Shown here: positions 54,836-64,000 of the stretch, piece by piece
Layout of the letters: each line of letters begins with the position of its first letter
How positions within the stretch are numbered: position 1 is the stretch's first letter
Assembly: GCA_964016885.1 (NCBI GenBank)
Contig: OZ024741.1
Coordinates: forward strand, 366,482,001-366,546,000
Direction of reading: 5' to 3'
Source of the DNA: Eledone cirrhosa
Lineage: Eukaryota
Length of the DNA stretch: 64,000 bases
Made by a program: the position numbers and the translations under genes
The notes under the pieces: model-generated
What the model saw: the letters and a program-made list of their open reading frames with translations, nothing else
Databases searched by the model: none
Told to the model about the DNA's origin: nothing

Positions 54836-55052
54836 ATTAAAATGATTGTAAATTTATACCATGCCTTAGGATCTTTATTTTGATACAAATACTCCGTTTT
54901 ATATATATATAATATATATATATATGTGTGTGTGTGTGTTATGTATTTCCGTAGAAAAGGTAAAGGAAAGAAGAGAGCTCTACTACACGTCTCTGTTAGA
55001 ATCGTCTAATTTCGTGAGTCCTTAGGTTATGGAATAATTATATTGTGTTGTG

Positions 55053-55139
<87 letters not shown>

Positions 55140-55206
55140 GGGTCTTGCAGAGAAATTGAGACAGTATTTACGTATATATGTAAATATATATATATTTATA
55201 TATATA

Positions 55207-55267
<61 letters not shown>

Positions 55268-55339
55268 TGGGTCTCCCCAAAAAATGTATACACACTTCAA
55301 CAGCATTCTAATAAATACATTTTGGGGATAGCCTGTATG

Positions 55340-55376
<37 letters not shown>

Positions 55377-55682
55377 CAAAGATACACTGAATAATGAACT
55401 CAATACTGTTTGCAGCATCAAATTAATAATACCCATCATCATCACCATTATTACCAACCTTAGACATTATTTGCCATCTACAAGCAAGTTCAAGGCCTCT
55501 CAAGCTGATCCCAATCGTTCCTCTCCTGTGTCGCCTTCCTCCATGTAAGACCTATAGACTTATTGTTCTCGTCTTTCCATCTCGTTCTCTATTTTCATCG
55601 ACCTCCTAAACCTGTCCACTTTGATACATGACTTAGTTCATCTGTTGTTATTTTTTGTTCTTCATATGTTTTATAATGTCTG

Positions 55683-55830
55683 TGGGGCTACCTCCCTACT
55701 CACCACCATAGGCGCTGAGCTGGCCAGCCGCAGGTGTGAGCCTCGCGAGATGGAATGACTCTTCCAGCGCATCTTCTTTACCAACCTCCGTGGAAACGCC
55801 GTCTCCATTCTATCCGCCGGGGCTGTGGGG
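55683..55830 (+). mobile_element. Short CRE-like 3' fragment, same family as 27555-28415
   Basis: Matches ~28270-28405 (GGGCTACCTCCCTA..CCATAGGCGCTGAGCTGGCCAGCCGCA..). Confidence 0.8.
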
Positions 55831-56730
55831 AGGCCAGCACGTGGGACCCCATTTTCTCACCATACAGAGAGATGGGGAGGGCGAGAGAGATGGAGGCGAT
55901 GACAATGGGAGTTCGGATCTTCCATGTTCGGACCATATCCTTGTGGTTCTGTTCATTATCTATATAAAGCACACATGAATCAGTTTTGGGTTTTTTTCCC
56001 CTACTATTTTCTCTATCTCGATGTCTCTCTCATAGTGATTCTTATTGACGGTGCACGGTTTAGTGGTTAAGCTGCTCGGCTTAAGATTGTAAAGTCGTGT
56101 GTTCAATTCCGGTATCGCGTTGTGTTCTTGAGCAAGATATTTTATTTCACATTACTCCAGTCCACTCAGTTGGCAAAAAAAAGTTCTACGTTAGGTATAA
56201 TTCGACGGACCAGCCTTGTCACATACTGTGTCTGTGTCATGCTGAATCTCCTCAGAATTGTGTTAAAGGTACTCGTGTTTGTGGAATACTCAAACATATT
56301 GCCTGTTAATTTACTGAGTAGGCTTTTCCGTTGATCAAATAACTGAAACACTCGTCGTGGAACCGACGAAATCCATACAAATCCTTGCGTGTGGAACAAA
56401 TTGTCATATATAATCATATGAGTACAAAGAGATAAAAAAAACATAACACAACAAATTAGGAAGAGGCGGATATACATATTTACAGACGTACATTCTTATA
56501 GATCTCATCATTTTATTAATATACACTTTAGTTGTAGAGCAGAACAGAAATAGACATAGATTTTATTCAATCAGAGATATTTTAAACTAGAAACTAGTGA
56601 GAGTGCCTCCAAATCAATATAGGATTTTTTTCTGACTTAGTTTAATTTGATTTCGGGAAGCTTTTAACACACAACACAAGTAAAGTAACTGTGTTTATTT
56701 GAGTCTAGATCCATTATTTCGTCATTACAG

Positions 56731-58870
<2,140 letters not shown>

Positions 58871-59941
58871 CAGAAAATGCACGCACAGAAAAATATTACA
58901 TAAGACAGGCAACTACATCTCTTACCTTGTTCACCATTTGTTACACATGGCTCCCTCGTTCCCATCACAATTATTTTGTTCCTCACCTTAGAATCCGTGC
59001 TAAATATTTCTCGGAATTATTACTACATCACCGGAATAGCACGCTTCTAATGATTTAGAAACGTTTTGAACATGTCATTTTTGTTTAACCTTTGTAAAAT
59101 ATTTAATACTAATCTCGGTAATCGCCGGATTTGCAGAATCGTTGGAGCAGCGGATTAAATGCCTAGGTATTTGTTATGGCTCTCTGCCTTCTCATCTCGA
59201 AACATGATGAAATAAAGTACCAATCTAGGTTCGGGGGATTGGGAGAATTGTTATAAATTCGAAAAGGATGCTTTTCACTATCTGTCCCGGCTCTATACAT
59301 TCAGAGTTAAAATCCCATAACTTTTTGTCAGTAGGCTGACCTCTCCAAGGTAGAAATTGGAATTAAAAATATAAATTGAAATATCTATATCGTGCCAGTA
59401 ACATCAGGCCTCCTCCACTAGTTGCTGCTCCTTGCCTATAAAGATTGTACATTCAAGCTACCAATTGTCAAAGTGTGTTCCCTTCCAGACTCGCTCTGGG
59501 GTCTCAGAATATGTAACCTTTGTGTTTCCATCCCAAGCGCCCCAGGACGGTTCGCAGGCCCATCGCCAGTTTTTTTGTTGTTTTTTTTTCAACATTGAAA
59601 AACACATACTCACAATACACATGCACGCATGCATTCATGCATACATACAAATATATATACACACCCATATGCACGTATGCATGCATGCATACATACATAT
59701 ACATACATGCATACATACATGCATGCATAAATACATACATACATGCATATATATAAATACATACTTGTATGCATGCATACATACATACATACATACATAC
59801 GTACGTACGTACGTACATACATACATACACACATACATACATATATACATACACATATACATACATACACACACACATACATACACACACACACACATAC
59901 ATACATACATACATACATACATACATACATACATACATACA

Positions 59942-59970
<29 letters not shown>

Positions 59971-59972
<2 letters not shown>

Positions 59973-60910
59973 GGAATAAAGCCTGATATAAATCTCTCAC
60001 CCAGAGAAATCGGAAGATCCTATTCAATGTTCAAACAAGATAAAAAAATTGACCAATTTACAGAAAAAGTTGTGCATGGATACTTGAGGCGTAAAACACA
60101 GACCATAGAGGGGATAAACCACTCAAAAAGCCTGGCATGGAGTTCCGACAAGTTTATGACATCACACCTTGAGGGATATCTCTATGCAATACAGGAACAA
60201 GAACTCCCTACCAAATATCTGCTGCACAAAAGAGGAGGGCCAGCAGCTGACAATAAATGTAGGCTATGTAAAACAAAGATCGAGGATGTAAGCCACATTG
60301 TTGCCAGCTGCGAAAGAATGTCATCTCGCTACTACCTCCCCATGAGACACGATGGGATAGCTAGAACCATCTGGAACGCACTTCGGAAAACAAAATTAAC
60401 AACAAACGAGGAAGAATATATTGAGACAGATGGCACTAAGGAATACTGGTGGAACCTGAAAATAAAACTGCCACCAAATTAAAGCACAACCGGCCTGATA
60501 TTGTAGTTTGGGACCACACATTGAAAACGTGTTCTGTTGTGGAGATCAGCTGCCCACTTGATGTAAACGTTGTCAGAAAAATACAGGAGAAGGAGGACAT
60601 CTACGGACCATTGATGAGGAGTTTACAAATCCAGTATCCAAGATACACCTTTAGCTTCATACCCATCATTATTGGTGCTACGGGTTATATACCAACCCGC
60701 TTGGACCAAAGTATGACTGAACTTGGATTTGTGGACAAAAAGCGCAGCTCCCTAATTCATAGTCTACAAATGGCTGCGATAGCTGGCACCTTCAAAATTT
60801 GCAAAACATTCTTGCGATTCAAGGGATGACAATTTCTTTTCTTTTACAACCTTGCCACCAGGAAGGTGGCCGGTCAAAAAAATATACTCGAAATTAAGAG
60901 AAAGAGAAAA
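59971..60910 (+). mobile_element. 5'-truncated R4-like RLE LINE 3' fragment within (CATA)n
   Basis: HGY..W..EGYLYAIQEQEL.TKY, CRLC..HIVASC, RHD, HNRPDIVVWD..VVEISCP..K..Y..L; one frameshift at ~60465; (CATA)n upstream and CATA-like repeats downstream. Confidence 0.85.
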
Positions 60911-61471
60911 CATACATACATGCATACATGCATACAGTTTATTAATCAACTCCGTCATATTACTGATACTCTCTGTTTGTCTCGTCCATTGTAATCAGTA
61001 AAATGTTTGATAACATGAAACTTCAATCAGCTTTGACATTTATCACCAGTAAGAGATTGGAATAAACTCAATCCATTTGGTTTCTTGATTCTAACGAAAT
61101 ACATTTAGAAACCAAATGGATTTGTACATATAATTTTCTTATACAGGGCGCAGACACGACTGATTGGTTAAGATGTTCATTGATCATGTCCTAGTTTTGA
61201 AGCGCCGGATTCGATCTCACTACGTGATATGTTGGTCACGCGTCTTTACTATTGCCTTTTGTTATGATATGCACTATAACCTAGGGTCGACCCAAGCCTT
61301 CTAAGTGAAATTGGGTTAACGGAAACTGTGTAGAAGCGCACCAAATGGAGTGTACCTGTAATTCAAAAAGCCAGCCTTGCCATACATTATGTCAAGCTGA
61401 TTATGTCAAGCGTAGAGGGTTAACGCACTCACTCGGCATCCAAAAGATACGAGATTTGATTCCTCGCAGGC

Positions 61472-61567
<96 letters not shown>

Positions 61568-63485
61568 GGAGAAGGAAAAAAATTGGACAGAAATGTCCAA
61601 TCTTTTTCCTTCTCCAGGCATAATTTACCTGATTTTCTCAATTATTATTTATATTTATTGATTATTATTATGGTTATTTGCTTTGGGATGACTACATTTC
61701 AAATGTCCTTAATGCTTCTCGAATCAACTATTTATGAGAGTATTTGTGTTTATGCTCCGTAACTCAATAATTCGACAAAAATGAGATCGATAGAATAAGT
61801 ACCAGACTTTTTAAAAATACAAAATGGGGTCGATATGATCAACTAAAATCCCTTTAAGACAGTGCGCCAGCATGGCCTCAGTCATATAACAAACAAATAA
61901 AAGAATTTAAAAAATCATAAATAACAAATGAATAAATATATTCGCAATAGATGGTGTTTTGATCTTAGCAAATAAATATGATATTGAAGTAGAGCTTGTC
62001 ACATTACATTTGATGTTATATAAAAACTTGGAGATATTGTATATATTAATGTGCCATACGGTGACCCCCTCTTTAAACTAGAATCTTCTGATCCAATACC
62101 TTAAAAGCCTCTAAAACTAATAAACCTTAAAACCACTGGAAGGTTTCTTATGATATTAGATTCTTGACCATTTATTGAGATGCCATAAAAGATTCTCGGT
62201 GAGTAAGTTTTCTGTTGAATGGACTGATACAAATGACATATTCCACATTTTACGTTTAGCTACAGTAATGAATAGGGATGGGGCGAAAGAAAGAATGGTT
62301 GAGAAGTGGAATGGAATGGAATGGACTCTGTAAAAACCCATTCTTCCAATATAACCCGTCACGACCCTTATCAATGATCAATATATATAGTAAGAAAGCC
62401 ATATAAGCCAACAAAACCATATGAAAGAAGAAGCTGACGTGACTGTTATTATTGTGTGTTTATAAAGATGTTTCATTTAGTACTGATGCACGATTGATAT
62501 AGAAGACCGGTCACTGAAAGTCTACCACTATTTCCTTCATTCCCCCTTCCTTCCATTCATCTGACCTTACACTTGCCAAATTATTATTGATCTTGTTAAT
62601 ACGAGCATTAATGTTGTTTTTCTTGTTAATTCTCCTATCACTATTGTTGATTCCATTGTCCTTCTAGCTGCTCTATCGCTTCTATGTTTTATCTCCAGTC
62701 ATTTACTAGCACAAATAAACCTATGTTGTGGCTGTAATCGATGAATTGAACTTACACACGAATATCTCAAAATTATTTCGGTATTGAATAAGTATGAGAT
62801 GAAAGCGGCGAAGTGGCAAAGTCGTTAGAACCTCAGATAAAGTGCTTCACGATATTTCTTTCGGCTCTTTCACGGTATTTCTTTCTTTCGCTGTGCTTTG
62901 AGTTCAAATCCCGCTATGGTCAACTTTGTTCGTCATCTTTTCGAGGTTTATAAATAAATTACCAGTCAAGTATATTTCATGCATTCCCCTCTATCATTCT
63001 CTCTCACTCTCTCCCTTCTCTCTCTCCTCACTCTCTCTTCCCCCCCCCCTCCTCTTTCTCCTTTCTCTCTCACTCTCACTCTCTCACTTAATCTCTCTCC
63101 CATCTCCCCCTCTCTTTCTCACTCTTCTCTCTCTCTCCTATCTCTCCCTCTCTCTCCCCTCTCCCCCTTCTTTCTCTCTCCCCCGTCTCTCTTCTCTCTC
63201 TCTCTCTCTCTCTATGTCTCTGTCTCTCTCTCATAAATACGCCACGTATCACTAAGGCACCCTTCATCTCTATCAGTGGAGGAAATCAGAAAGAATAGGA
63301 AATCAGAAGAAATACAACAAAGCAGTCTATCCGACTCATGCTCTAATGACTTAGTTATACATATATTTATGATATATATATATATGAAAAATATGGGGAG
63401 AAGAATACTGCATGGTTGCACATGGATTACATGTTATAAAATGAGTCCCTCATCAGTGATTTGCCAACGATCATTGGTATTTCAT

Positions 63486-63537
<52 letters not shown>

Positions 63538-63540
<3 letters not shown>

Positions 63541-63703
63541 TAAAGAAAACGAAAAATCAGTGATGCATCTGGACTTAATTTATTGCGTGTTACAATTGTT
63601 TCGGCGGCAGGTAGCTCGAGACATGGTACCTACCGCCGAAACAATTGTAACACGCAATAAATTGAGTCCAGATGCATCACTGATTTTTCGTTTTCTTTAT
63701 ACT
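63538..63703. repeat. ~165-bp fold-back of the 3' half of the 26416/54134 HHR-module family
   Basis: AGTATAAAGAAAACGAAAAATCAGTGATGCATCTGGAC..TTTCGGCGG is mirrored by CCGCCGAAACAATTGT..TTTATACT. Confidence 0.85.
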
Positions 63704-64000
63704 ATATACACTCTAATCTGCTGAATATCGAGTGGTAATTTCGGCATACCACCTATGGAAGCACCATAGCTACCATTATACACAACTATATATATATATA
63801 TAGTATTAAGGATACTATTTATGGTTATGTATATACTAAAACCTTTTATAGTTATATATATTTTAAACCCTAAATAGTGAAAGACAGTAATTTATTACTA
63901 CCTTATTACCAGTAAGATAAATAACTCAATGTAATAACATCAGTTGTTCTACAGAGCAGTTATATAGAAATTACATGAATCAAAGTTCTGTTTAAACCAT

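Larger units (their letters stand above)
54504..54902. repeat. ~400-bp fold-back palindrome; each arm carries a hammerhead
   Basis: Arms ~54504-54688 and ~54721-54902 are near-perfect reverse complements around a ~32-nt spacer. Confidence 0.9.

Overview
AT-rich, microsatellite-saturated eukaryotic (animal) DNA with no confidently identifiable host gene. The SINE families resemble those of octopus/coleoid cephalopods, but that assignment is an inference. The window is dominated by retroelements that sit inside simple repeats. (1) 1-10.6 kb is an (AAT)n tract packed with non-LTR elements: the 5' end and ORF1 of an L1/Tx1-like element, two R4/Dong-like RT-RLE elements (one nearly intact) and two Tx1-like 3' ends. 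(2) Three lineages of Penelope-like elements (PLEs) lie in (TA)n: a Neptune-like 3' fragment with inverted pseudo-LTRs, an uninterrupted ~1050-aa Nematis-like RT/GIY-YIG ORF with a long Asn-rich insert, and a 5'-truncated Hydra-like element. (3) About a dozen hammerhead-ribozyme (HHR) motifs occur in short PLE-type modules, several with non-canonical cores (U3-A8, U4C) or long stem II inserts, and several in fold-back palindromes. (4) There are CRE-, RTE- and R4-like fragments, SINEs and DNA-transposon MITEs. (5) A ~5.9-kb triplet-phased Thr/Asn/Lys minisatellite has 69-bp and 1101-bp periodicity. (6) A ~2.1-kb diverged composite palindrome sits at 56.7-58.8 kb. Most ORFs in the supplied track are microsatellite artefacts. 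All family assignments come from motif reading by eye, not database searches.
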